DNA of 64,000 bases from Clostridia bacterium. Lineage in GTDB: Bacteria > Bacillota > Clostridia > UMGS1883 > UMGS1540. Under the pieces are notes generated by a model, which was given only the letters and a program-made list of their open reading frames with translations, was not told the origin of the DNA and did no database searches. Below are positions 30,423-39,038 of the stretch, piece after piece. Numbering within the stretch: the first letter of the stretch is position 1; each line of letters begins with the position of its first letter. The DNA lies in NCBI GenBank assembly GCA_045535515.1, contig JAZSLT010000024.1, positions 28 through 64,027 of the forward strand, read 5' to 3'. The translations under genes and the position numbers were made by a program.

Positions 30423-31685
30423 ATGCGAGAATTACAACAACAAAATAAAAAGCCGATTAATATATATTCTTCTCTGGTGTTTTTTTATGTGGTAAGCGCC
30501 ATAGCCTTTGAGTGTACGCCGGAAACAGCGCGCATATCCACGCTTGCTATTTACGCGGTGTTTTTTGCCGGTTTGTTATATATGTATTTGCACCAAAAAA
30601 TGAAACTGAATATGTATGTAGTGTCCATAATTGTCATGAGTCTATATGTCTATACCCGCGCTTTTGCCACTACAACATCGGCTTCTACAGGGCTTAGAAC
30701 AGCCTATGTTTTCCTGACCTGTAGTGCGTTATGTGTCGTTATTTTCTGGCTTTCTATCCGCTATGGGGAAGTTATAAAAGCCATCCTGTCAGCCAATATC
30801 TTGGGTTCCCTTATTTTGTCAGCCCGAATTATCGAAGCATACGGCGGAATAGCAGAAATCATAGACCGCGCTTCGAATACAGATGTGGAATTCCGTATAG
30901 GGAAACTCATTACAAACGAAAATGCAATCGGTATATTTCTCGCCAGCGCAGTTCTTGCCAGTGTGACCATGCTTCTTATAAAGAAAAGAAAAGCACCCTA
31001 CAAAATACTTATAGGTTTATGCATTGCCATATTCGTTGTTATGTTGCTTTTGACAGGCTCTCGCAAGGCTCTTTTGTTTGCAGTTGCCGGGACCATTTTC
31101 TTCTTGTTGCTTGTGTACCGGAAAGAGAAAATCATGAAAAAAATTGTGCTCTGGACCATGATTGCCGGCGCCCTGATAGGACTTGTGTATCTTTTGCGGA
31201 ATGTATCGATTTTCGGGACAATATACAAAAGATTTGAATTGTTGTTTGAAGGTCTTTTCGGCGAAAAAACATATAAAACGGACCGGGTAAGAGAGTATAT
31301 GATATCGACCGGATTGTCAGACTTTATAGACAGCCCGTTTTTTGGTAAAGGTGCAGGCCGGTCTTTTCAGTTATTCCGTACTTATTCGCACAATAATTTC
31401 GTGGAACTCCTCATGAATTATGGCGTATTAGGATTTATGTTATACTATGTCCCATACTTCTTGCTACTGATTAACCTCGCAAAGCGTTCTTTCCGCGGGG
31501 ATATTTATGCGATGTACTTCTTGGTGTATATAACCATGCAGCTGGTACTTGGATTTGGTTGGGTGAACTATTATGACAGAACCTGCCAGCTCGTCACAGC
31601 TGCCGCTTGGGGATATCTTACCGGTTGTCTTGAAAGGGAAGGGAGGGAGCTGCATGAAGGTGACCAGCCTGTTCAAACCCCGTAA
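30423..31685 (+). CDS. Wzy / O-antigen ligase family membrane protein, copy 2
   Basis: Colinear paralog of 29100..30353; GGAGG RBS. Confidence 0.85.
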   Translation: MRELQQQNKKPINIYSSLVFFYVVSAIAFECTPETARISTLAIYAVFFAGLLYMYLHQKMKLNMYVVSIIVMSLYVYTRAFATTTSASTGLRTAYVFLTCSALCVVIFWLSIRYGEVIKAILSANILGSLILSARIIEAYGGIAEIIDRASNTDVEFRIGKLITNENAIGIFLASAVLASVTMLLIKKRKAPYKILIGLCIAIFVVMLLLTGSRKALLFAVAGTIFFLLLVYRKEKIMKKIVLWTMIAGALIGLVYLLRNVSIFGTIYKRFELLFEGLFGEKTYKTDRVREYMISTGLSDFIDSPFFGKGAGRSFQLFRTYSHNNFVELLMNYGVLGFMLYYVPYFLLLINLAKRSFRGDIYAMYFLVYITMQLVLGFGWVNYYDRTCQLVTAAAWGYLTGCLEREGRELHEGDQPVQTP

Positions 31686-32559
31686 ATGGGTAGCGCATCT
31701 CCTGCGAAAGCGCGTTTCAAGGAAATTTTCCGACAAGGTCTATCTCATTTTGGAATATTATGCCTATATGGGGAAAAAATTAAGTTTCAAAGCGCCCAGA
31801 AGCTTTAACGAAAAACTGCAGTGGCTGAAACTTTATGACAGAAACCCGGAATATACAAAAATGGTAGACAAGTATGCCGCAAAAGAATATGTGGCCGGCA
31901 TCATAGGAGAGGAATATATTATTCCTACTTTAGGTGTCTGGGAAAGGTTTGACGATATTGACTTTGCATCTTTACCGGATAAGTTCGTCCTCAAATGCAC
32001 CCATGATAGCGGAGGCCTTGTGATTTGCCGTGATAAGAGTGCGCTTGACATGGAGGCAGCACGGGCAAAAATTGAGCGGGCAATGCGGAGAGACTATTTC
32101 TATGTGCATCGTGAGTGGCCATACAAAGATGTTCCAAAGCGGATTATTGCGGAGGCCTATATGGAAGACGAGGAAACAGAGGAACTGCGGGATTATAAGT
32201 TTTTCTGTTTTAATGGGGTGGCTAAGGCGCTATTTGTGGCTACAGAGCGCCAGAAAGCAGATGCCGAGGTCAAATTTGATTTCTTCGATATGAATTTTCA
32301 GCAGCTGCCTTTCAGACAAGGACATCCGCACGCTGCGGTAATGCCGGCTAAACCTATATGCTTTAATGAAATGCGGGAGCTTGCGGAAAAACTGGCAAAA
32401 AACATCCCGCACCTTCGGGTGGATTTTTATGAAGTAAACGGAAAGGTATATTTTGGAGAACTCACATTTTCCCATTTTGCCGGCATGGTTCCCTTTGAAC
32501 CCGAAGAGTGGGATTATGCTTTTGGAAACTGGATAGAGTTACCTATAAAAATGAATTAA
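31654..32559 (+). CDS. ATP-grasp amidoligase, TupA family, copy 2
   Basis: FNEKLQWLKLY, LPDKFVLKCTHDSG and RVDFY...YFGELTF motifs. Confidence 0.9.
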   Translation: MKVTSLFKPRKWVAHLLRKRVSRKFSDKVYLILEYYAYMGKKLSFKAPRSFNEKLQWLKLYDRNPEYTKMVDKYAAKEYVAGIIGEEYIIPTLGVWERFDDIDFASLPDKFVLKCTHDSGGLVICRDKSALDMEAARAKIERAMRRDYFYVHREWPYKDVPKRIIAEAYMEDEETEELRDYKFFCFNGVAKALFVATERQKADAEVKFDFFDMNFQQLPFRQGHPHAAVMPAKPICFNEMRELAEKLAKNIPHLRVDFYEVNGKVYFGELTFSHFAGMVPFEPEEWDYAFGNWIELPIKMN

Positions 32560-32575
32560 AATGTGGTGAGGCGTT

Positions 32576-34057
32576 ATGGAGTCAAGTAATATAGAACAAA
32601 AAATGGGGAGAGCAACGGCATGGTCGTCTGTTACAGAAGTTGCGTCAAAGTTGATTGCTCCCATAACAAATATGATTCTTGCCAGGCTTTTGGTGCCGGA
32701 AGCGTTTGGCGTGGTAGCAACAATCAACATGGTCATCAGCTTCGCGGATATTTTTACAGATGCTGGGTTTCAGAAGTATATCATTCAGCATGAATTTCCG
32801 GATGATGAGGCATTGGACAACAGCACCAATGTTGCGTTCTGGACAAATCTTGGGTTATCCTGCTTTATTTGTTTTTTCATTTTCCTGTTTCGTCATTCCC
32901 TTGCAGAGCTAGTCGGAAGTCCGGGCCTTGGCAATTCAATTGGTTTAGCTTCTTTTCTCATTATTATTACGGCATTTTCCAGTATTCAGACGGCCAGATA
33001 TCGTCGTGACTTAGATTTTAAAAAGCTGTTTTTTGTACGAGTCGGAACATCACTAATTCCGTTGTTTATAACTGTGCCCCTTGCCATAATTCTGCGAAAC
33101 TATTGGGCACTTTTGCTTGGTACATTTACCAGCAAAGTATTTCACGCTGTCATTCTAACGATATGGTCTAAATGGAAACCAAGAATTTTCTATCGTTTTG
33201 CATTGTTTAAGGAAATGTTTGCCTTCAGCGCGTGGACCCTACTCGAAAGCATTTCCATTTGGCTGACCTCCTATATTGGAATTTTTATTATAGGAAAATA
33301 CCTGAATGAATATTATATTGGCATTTATAAGACATCTATATCCACGGTGGATGGGTATATGGCTATTATCACAGCGGCACTTACGCCTGTTCTTTTTTCT
33401 GGGCTTTCCCGGTATCAAAATGACGAGAAAAAGTTTAAACAAACATATTATCTATTTCAGCGGCTGACTGCTCTTTTTGTTCTTCCTATGGGAATTGGAA
33501 TCTATGTTTACCGCGATTTTGTTACACAAATTCTTTTGGGAAGCCAATGGGGAGAAGCAAGTGGATTTATCGGACTATGGGGATTGACAAGCTCGTTTAC
33601 CATCGTCCTTTCAAACTTTGCCAGCGAAGTATACCGCAGCAAGGGCCAACCCAAAGTGTCGCTGTTGATGCAGATAATTCAGTTGTTATTTTTAATCCCC
33701 ACACTAATTTTCAGTATTCCGCATGGTTTTGAAACTTTGTATACAGCGCGCGCACTTGTCCGCGTTGTGACGATACTGAACGCAATGCTAATGATGCATT
33801 TTATGTTTGACTTTAAAGCCAAAGACATTTTCCTTAACATTTTCCCCATGCTTTTTTCGGCCGTCATAATGGGCGTTTGTGGATTTTTCATAAGACAACT
33901 CAGCCTTTCGGGGGTTTGGCAGTTCGCATCCGTTTTTCTCTGTATACTTCTTTACTTTGCCATTCTTTTCGTGGCATTTCCGAGAACAAGAAGAGAAATT
34001 ATAACCCGTTACATGGAAGTGAAACGAAAAAAGCCGACAAAGGCGGACATTATGTGA
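32576..34057 (+). CDS. wzx: Wzx/WzxC-like polysaccharide flippase
   Basis: ILARLLVPEAFG and DAGFQKYIIQ motifs; many transmembrane segments. Confidence 0.88.
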   Translation: MESSNIEQKMGRATAWSSVTEVASKLIAPITNMILARLLVPEAFGVVATINMVISFADIFTDAGFQKYIIQHEFPDDEALDNSTNVAFWTNLGLSCFICFFIFLFRHSLAELVGSPGLGNSIGLASFLIIITAFSSIQTARYRRDLDFKKLFFVRVGTSLIPLFITVPLAIILRNYWALLLGTFTSKVFHAVILTIWSKWKPRIFYRFALFKEMFAFSAWTLLESISIWLTSYIGIFIIGKYLNEYYIGIYKTSISTVDGYMAIITAALTPVLFSGLSRYQNDEKKFKQTYYLFQRLTALFVLPMGIGIYVYRDFVTQILLGSQWGEASGFIGLWGLTSSFTIVLSNFASEVYRSKGQPKVSLLMQIIQLLFLIPTLIFSIPHGFETLYTARALVRVVTILNAMLMMHFMFDFKAKDIFLNIFPMLFSAVIMGVCGFFIRQLSLSGVWQFASVFLCILLYFAILFVAFPRTRREIITRYMEVKRKKPTKADIM

Positions 34058-34100
34058 TAAAATAAAATTATATGCGTTAGGAATGGATGGTGAAAATATA

Positions 34101-34233
34101 ATGTGAGGTACCCATGCATTTAAAGCGCAATACCGGCGTTCTCCGCAGGTGGTATCCTTTTGCCTGTGCAGGGCAAAGCAGAACGGGGTTATGGAGGCCA
34201 CCGGTCTACAGATTGATAAGCGCGCAGTTCCAT
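34101..34233 (+). pseudogene. Degenerate remnant of the 5' end of the GHMP kinase gene (35044..35265)
   Basis: Direct DNA similarity in two blocks, with ATG CGA changed to ATG TGA and an internal deletion. Confidence 0.85.
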
Positions 34234-34445
34234 AGGCCATCTCACATTCCAGAAGATGAACAAATTGTGGGTGAGTTTGCTATAGGGGAATATAGGGGGC
34301 ACGAAGGTCCCATCTCAAAAAGATTTCTGACGGGAAAAATGTATAAGCCCTTGGACTAAGAAGCAGTATATGAAAAGTGATGGGCTGTGGGAAGGATAAT
34401 CAAATTCTTCGGGGTGGTTTTTACGAGAGAAAGGAGCGAAATGGG

Positions 34446-34964
34446 TTGGATTTTAAGGAGATTTACGAAGCAGACATGTCTCGATATGTTTCGCGCAAAG
34501 GATACATACAAAAGTTCCATTATTATTTTAGAAAATGCCAGACCTGCCAAAACACTTTTTTGAAAAAATGGTATGGTTACCGCTTTGCAAAATTGAAAAA
34601 GAAACGAGGCTTGGAAATTCCAAAAGAAGTACAAATAGGAAAAGGATTATACCTTGGACATGCTTATAACATTACAATGAATCCCAAAGTCAGTATAGGA
34701 ATGAATTGTAATATTCACAAAGGCGTTGTTATCGGGCAAGAAAATCGTGGAAAACGAAAAGGTACACCGAAAATTGGTGACTGTGTTTGGATTGGAATTA
34801 ATGCCGCTATTGTGGGGAATATAAAAATTGGGAATGATGTGCTCATTGCGCCAAACAGTTATGTAAATTGCGATGTGCCAAGCCACTCCGTTGTATTTGG
34901 AAATCCTTGCATTATAAAGCACAAGGAAAACGCAACAGAAGGTTATATTGCAAAAGGGATTTAG
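34446..34964 (+). CDS. Hexapeptide-repeat (serine acetyltransferase-like) O-acetyltransferase
   Basis: IGKGLYLGH, CNIHKGVVIG, IGDCVWIG and DVP...VFGNP motifs; TTG start after AAGGAG; AT-rich. Confidence 0.85.
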   Translation: MDFKEIYEADMSRYVSRKGYIQKFHYYFRKCQTCQNTFLKKWYGYRFAKLKKKRGLEIPKEVQIGKGLYLGHAYNITMNPKVSIGMNCNIHKGVVIGQENRGKRKGTPKIGDCVWIGINAAIVGNIKIGNDVLIAPNSYVNCDVPSHSVVFGNPCIIKHKENATEGYIAKGI

Positions 34965-35043
34965 TATTTTCATTACAAAGATAAGCGGTGTTCTTGAAAC
35001 GACGAGCTTTATACCAAAAAAGCAATGAAAGGTGAGAAACAAA

Positions 35044-36219
35044 ATGCGATGTACCGATGCATTTGAAGCACAATACAGGCGTTCTCCGGATGGCGTAACC
35101 TTTTGCCCGTACCGGGTTTGTCCCATTGGCGCCCATGTGGACCATCAGCATGGCAAGGTCACAGGCTTTGCCATTGACAAGGGGATTCATATCGCGTATG
35201 GAGCGAAGCAGAACGGGGTTATTGAGGTCACCAGTCTGCAATTTGATAAGCGCGCGCAGTTCCATGTGAGCGCCGTACCAAAGGAAAGACAGAATGACTG
35301 GGCCGACCATCTGCGCGGTGGTGTAATGGCCTTGTCAAAAAGGTATCCGCTCTCGGTGGGGCTTTGCTGCGTGGTGGACGGGAGCCTGCCCATTGGGGGC
35401 CTGAGCAGCTCGGCAACGGTGATTATTGCCTTCTTGGCGGCATTATGTAAGGTCAATCGCATTACGCTGTCGCAGGAGGAGCTAATCCGAGCCGCGCTGG
35501 AGGCAGAAAATGAATATGTGGGGGTATCCTGCGGAAAGCTGGACCAGTGCTGCGAGGTGTATGCGAAGAAAGACCATCTATTGTATCTGGACACGCAGGA
35601 TGATAGCTTCACTTTAATTCCCCAAAACCCCGAAATGAAACCGTATCGCATCGCCGTTTTCTTTTCCGGGGTGGAGCGGTCGCTGGTCGGCTCTAAATAC
35701 AATATGCGTGTGGACGAGATTCGAAGCGCAGCGTATGCCTTAAAGGCCTATGCCGGCATGGAGTATGGGAAGTTCGGCGAAACCTACCTTAGGGAGGTGC
35801 CGCGAGAGGTGTACGAGCAGTATAAGGACAGATTGCCCGAGCCCTGGCAAAAGAGGGCCGAGCATTGGTATACGGAATCCGAGCGCGTTTTACAAGGCGT
35901 TGCTGCGTGGGAAAAGGGCGATATAGAAGCCTTTGGCCAAATCAGCTTTGCCTCCGGCAGAAGCTCTATTGAAAACTGGGAAACCGGTTCGCCCGAGCTG
36001 ATTGCCTTATACAACATTATGGAGAAAACAGAAGGTATTTACGGCGGCCGCTTTTCGGGCGCAGGCTTTCGTGGCTGCTGCATGGCTTTGGTGGACCCTG
36101 CCAAAGAGGAGGAGATACAAAAAGTGGTAACCAAAGCGTATATAAAGCAGTTCCCGGCTCTTGCCGAAAAGTTTTCTGTCCATTTTTGTAATAGTGCAGA
36201 TGGCGTGCATCTCGGATAA
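35044..36219 (+). CDS. GHMP sugar-1-kinase, galacturonokinase-like
   Basis: PYRVCPIGAHVDHQ, GLSSSA, CGKLDQ and GGRFSGAGFRGC motifs. Confidence 0.85.
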   Translation: MRCTDAFEAQYRRSPDGVTFCPYRVCPIGAHVDHQHGKVTGFAIDKGIHIAYGAKQNGVIEVTSLQFDKRAQFHVSAVPKERQNDWADHLRGGVMALSKRYPLSVGLCCVVDGSLPIGGLSSSATVIIAFLAALCKVNRITLSQEELIRAALEAENEYVGVSCGKLDQCCEVYAKKDHLLYLDTQDDSFTLIPQNPEMKPYRIAVFFSGVERSLVGSKYNMRVDEIRSAAYALKAYAGMEYGKFGETYLREVPREVYEQYKDRLPEPWQKRAEHWYTESERVLQGVAAWEKGDIEAFGQISFASGRSSIENWETGSPELIALYNIMEKTEGIYGGRFSGAGFRGCCMALVDPAKEEEIQKVVTKAYIKQFPALAEKFSVHFCNSADGVHLG

Positions 36220-36231
36220 CGGAGGAAAAAT

Positions 36232-36978
36232 ATGAAGTGTGTGATTTTGGCGGCTGGGTATGCCACAAGGCTTTATCCGCTGACGGAAAATTTCCCCAAA
36301 CCGCTTTTGAAGGTCGGGGAGAAAACGATACTTGATTGGCTACTGGATGATATACAGACGGCCGGCGTTACCGACGAATATGTGGTGATATCCAATCATA
36401 AATTCGCTTGCCATTTCGAAGAATGGGCGCGGACAAAGCCTTATCCCGTCACCGTGGTAGACGATGGAACGGAAACGAACGAAACGCGCCTTGGCGCCGT
36501 TCGGGATGTGCAATATGCAATCGAAAAGCTCGGAATAGAAAGTGATATATTGCTCCTTGCAGGGGATAATGTGTTGGATTTTAGTCTCACGGAATTTATC
36601 CGCTATGCCGAAGAAAAGAAGACCTCCTGCGTTATGCGGTATTACGAGTCGGACGCGGAAAAGCTGAAGAAAAGCGGCGTTTTGGCAGTGGACGAAAACG
36701 ACCTTGTTCTCTCGATGGAGGAAAAGCCCAAAAGTCCCTCCTCCAACTGGTGCTGTCCGCCGTTTTATTACTACACGAAAGAAGATAGCCTTTGTATTCC
36801 CGAAGGTATCCGCGCAGGCTGTGGCACAGATGCACCCGGCAGCTTTGTGGCGTGGCTTTGCCAAAAGACGAAGATGCACGCGATGGAGATGCCCGGCAAG
36901 CGATACGATATAGGAAATCTCGAAAGCTATAACAGGGTAAAGGCCGAGTATAAGGGAATCGGGACAGAAACGAAATAA
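36232..36978 (+). CDS. Sugar-1-phosphate nucleotidyltransferase
   Basis: ILAAGYATRLYP, PKPLL, AGDN, EEKP, DAPG and YDIG motifs. Confidence 0.9.
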   Translation: MKCVILAAGYATRLYPLTENFPKPLLKVGEKTILDWLLDDIQTAGVTDEYVVISNHKFACHFEEWARTKPYPVTVVDDGTETNETRLGAVRDVQYAIEKLGIESDILLLAGDNVLDFSLTEFIRYAEEKKTSCVMRYYESDAEKLKKSGVLAVDENDLVLSMEEKPKSPSSNWCCPPFYYYTKEDSLCIPEGIRAGCGTDAPGSFVAWLCQKTKMHAMEMPGKRYDIGNLESYNRVKAEYKGIGTETK

Positions 36979-37017
36979 AAAAAGCTACGCAATCTTCAAA
37001 AGAGTGCGTAGCTTTTT
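36979..37017. terminator. Bidirectional terminator closing the polysaccharide operon
   Basis: AAAAAGCTACGCA/TGCGTAGCTTTTT inverted repeat. Confidence 0.8.
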
Positions 37018-37030
37018 GCATCTGCGACAA

Positions 37031-38176
37031 TTACATTTTCAGTTTTTTGGCCAGTTCTTCTCTTTCGTAACGGTTCATGCTATAGTCCAAAATAATAATG
37101 CTGCTCCTTTTGCCGAGCGCCATTCTCCAAAGCTTTGCAAGAGGGATATACACACAGAAAACGGGGAGCAGGGCAGGGTGTTTTTTCAGAATCTTATACC
37201 GCCTTCTGGCAAGCTCGGCGACGGCACGAAACACGCTTTTAATCGTGGTAAACACATTCTTTTTCGTGGCCGGCCGGTATGTTTTATGAATACCATCCTG
37301 CAGGAAACTATCCAAAAGCGCATCGGCAAGGTCTTCCTCCCGAAGGCTAACAGAAAAGGAAAGCTTTATCCCCAAATGCTTTTCGCAAAGACAAAGCAAG
37401 GCCTCGGCAAAGGGTAAAAGCTCCATGTCGGTTAAGACAGGAAGTACAGAAGAATGCCAGACTTCTTTCTCTATACTTTGCGCAAAGGCAGCAAAATCGC
37501 ACAGCATACGAAGGGTGGTATTATGAATCACAAAATGTCTTTGCAGATGCAAAACGAGCGAAACCATTGAAAAGGCAGGGGACAAGGTGGGGAAACTGAA
37601 GGTATCATACCGCCCCTCCTCCAAATTATCTAAGGCATGGGAGAAATAGGCGCGAAGCTTTTTTCCGCGGGCATCGGAGGCGAAATTTGTCACCTTTCTG
37701 TGAATTTCAACATGTACGCCCTTGTGCAGAAAGCAGTAATGGAATTCGTGCTCGTGTTGCTCTTTGGTTCGCTCCGCCGAGCCGGTTATCAGGGTAATGG
37801 CTCTTTCGTATTCGCTTTCGTCCACCAGAATATCTATATCGCCAAGCGGGCGATATAAAGGCTCGGGATAATAGCGCGAAACAGAAATGCCCTTTAAAAC
37901 GGCGTGGCGGATATGATTTTCCGAAAGCGTTGCCAGAATTTCCGCCTGTACCGACAAGTTTTTATAGTTATTGGCGGCAACAAAAATGGCATGCTGCTCC
38001 CAGCTTTCCGGCGGCACAAGACCTGCCTTTGTGGCGCCGTCATATACAAGAGGCAAGCACGCATGATTGACAGCTATCCGCTTGATTTCGGCATAGTCAA
38101 CCGTGCCCAGTTTTTCATGGACATGGGAGATGCTGTTTTTCAAAAGACAAATCAAATCGCGCTGTGACTCGTTCAT
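37031..38176 (-). CDS. Uncharacterised nucleotidyltransferase family protein (NTP_transf_5-like)
   Basis: LKG...YP...R..GDIDILV and VEIH motifs; own TTGACA-17-TAAAAT promoter. Confidence 0.8.
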   Translation of the reverse strand: MNESQRDLICLLKNSISHVHEKLGTVDYAEIKRIAVNHACLPLVYDGATKAGLVPPESWEQHAIFVAANNYKNLSVQAEILATLSENHIRHAVLKGISVSRYYPEPLYRPLGDIDILVDESEYERAITLITGSAERTKEQHEHEFHYCFLHKGVHVEIHRKVTNFASDARGKKLRAYFSHALDNLEEGRYDTFSFPTLSPAFSMVSLVLHLQRHFVIHNTTLRMLCDFAAFAQSIEKEVWHSSVLPVLTDMELLPFAEALLCLCEKHLGIKLSFSVSLREEDLADALLDSFLQDGIHKTYRPATKKNVFTTIKSVFRAVAELARRRYKILKKHPALLPVFCVYIPLAKLWRMALGKRSSIIILDYSMNRYEREELAKKLKM

Positions 38177-38268
38177 AATGCGCCCCCTGTTTTGTTACCT
38201 TATTCTTCATTTTACCAGCTTTTTTCCACTTTGTCAATGTTTTTGCCAAAGGAAAAAGCGGTAAAGTC

Positions 38269-38297
38269 TTGTATATTTCCCCTGTTTGTGGTATACT
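38269..38297 (+). promoter_or_regulatory. SigA promoter for the small ORF and luxS
   Basis: TTGTAT-17-TATACT with extended TG. Confidence 0.65.
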
Positions 38298-38336
38298 CTA
38301 ATAGGGAGAGTTAAAACTTTATACGGAGGTGCGCTT

Positions 38337-38504
38337 ATGAGAATGTATCCATTTTTACATGCGGGAAGCGACCCACGGCGTATACCCGAGTACCGTCCGG
38401 CTGTTCCGGACGACAGAAACGACCCCGATTTTTTGCACCGGCCCGATAAATACGACCAGGATTTTATCTGGGACGGTGAAACGATGGACGAGGAAAAAAC
38501 ATGA
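38337..38504 (+). CDS. Small acidic hypothetical protein (55 aa)
   Basis: GGAGGT RBS before ATG, directly downstream of a SigA-like promoter. Confidence 0.6.
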   Translation: MRMYPFLHAGSDPRRIPEYRPAVPDDRNDPDFLHRPDKYDQDFIWDGETMDEEKT

Positions 38505-38549
38505 GCGCGGGCGCTTTGCCGCCCGCTATCTTTACAAAAGGAGTAGAAA

Positions 38550-38996
38550 ATGGAGAAAATTCAAAGCTTTACGGTAGACCACACAAAAATCGTGCCGGGT
38601 ATGTACATATCGCGCGTGGATGGCGATGTCACCACCTATGATTTGCGCTTTTGCGCCCCAAACCGCGAAACACTTGACGGGGCGGCCATGCACACGATGG
38701 AGCATCTGTTTGCCACCTATATACGAAATACGGCTTTGGATGTACTGTATTTCGGCCCGATGGGATGCCTTACCGGATTTTATCTGCTCGTGCGAAATGC
38801 TGACCATACACGCGTCTGGACGGAAATCAAAGCGGTGCTGGAAAACATCAGCCGTTATGAGGGCGAGATTTTCGGCGCATCTGAGGTGGAGTGCGGAAAT
38901 TACCGTTTTCATAATTTGCCGGCCGCACGCGAGATGGCGCGAAAATTTCGCGGAGTGCTACAGGCGCCGCCTGCGCTTTCCTATCCCGAGGCATAA
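38550..38996 (+). CDS. luxS: S-ribosylhomocysteine lyase
   Basis: SFTVDH, HTMEH, GPMGCLTGFY and ECGNY motifs. Confidence 0.95.
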   Translation: MEKIQSFTVDHTKIVPGMYISRVDGDVTTYDLRFCAPNRETLDGAAMHTMEHLFATYIRNTALDVLYFGPMGCLTGFYLLVRNADHTRVWTEIKAVLENISRYEGEIFGASEVECGNYRFHNLPAAREMARKFRGVLQAPPALSYPEA

Positions 38997-38997
38997 A

Positions 38998-39028
38998 AAA
39001 GGGACAACAGAGTAACTGTTGTCCCTTT
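38998..39028. terminator. Bidirectional terminator between luxS and glyA
   Basis: AAAGGGACAACAG/CTGTTGTCCCTTT inverted repeat. Confidence 0.8.
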
Positions 39029-39038
39029 CTAAATGTTC

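Noticed and set aside
34114-34359. 81-aa ORF between wzx and the acetyltransferase
   Set aside because: It largely overlaps the decayed kinase remnant in a shifted frame and is better explained as pseudogene debris.
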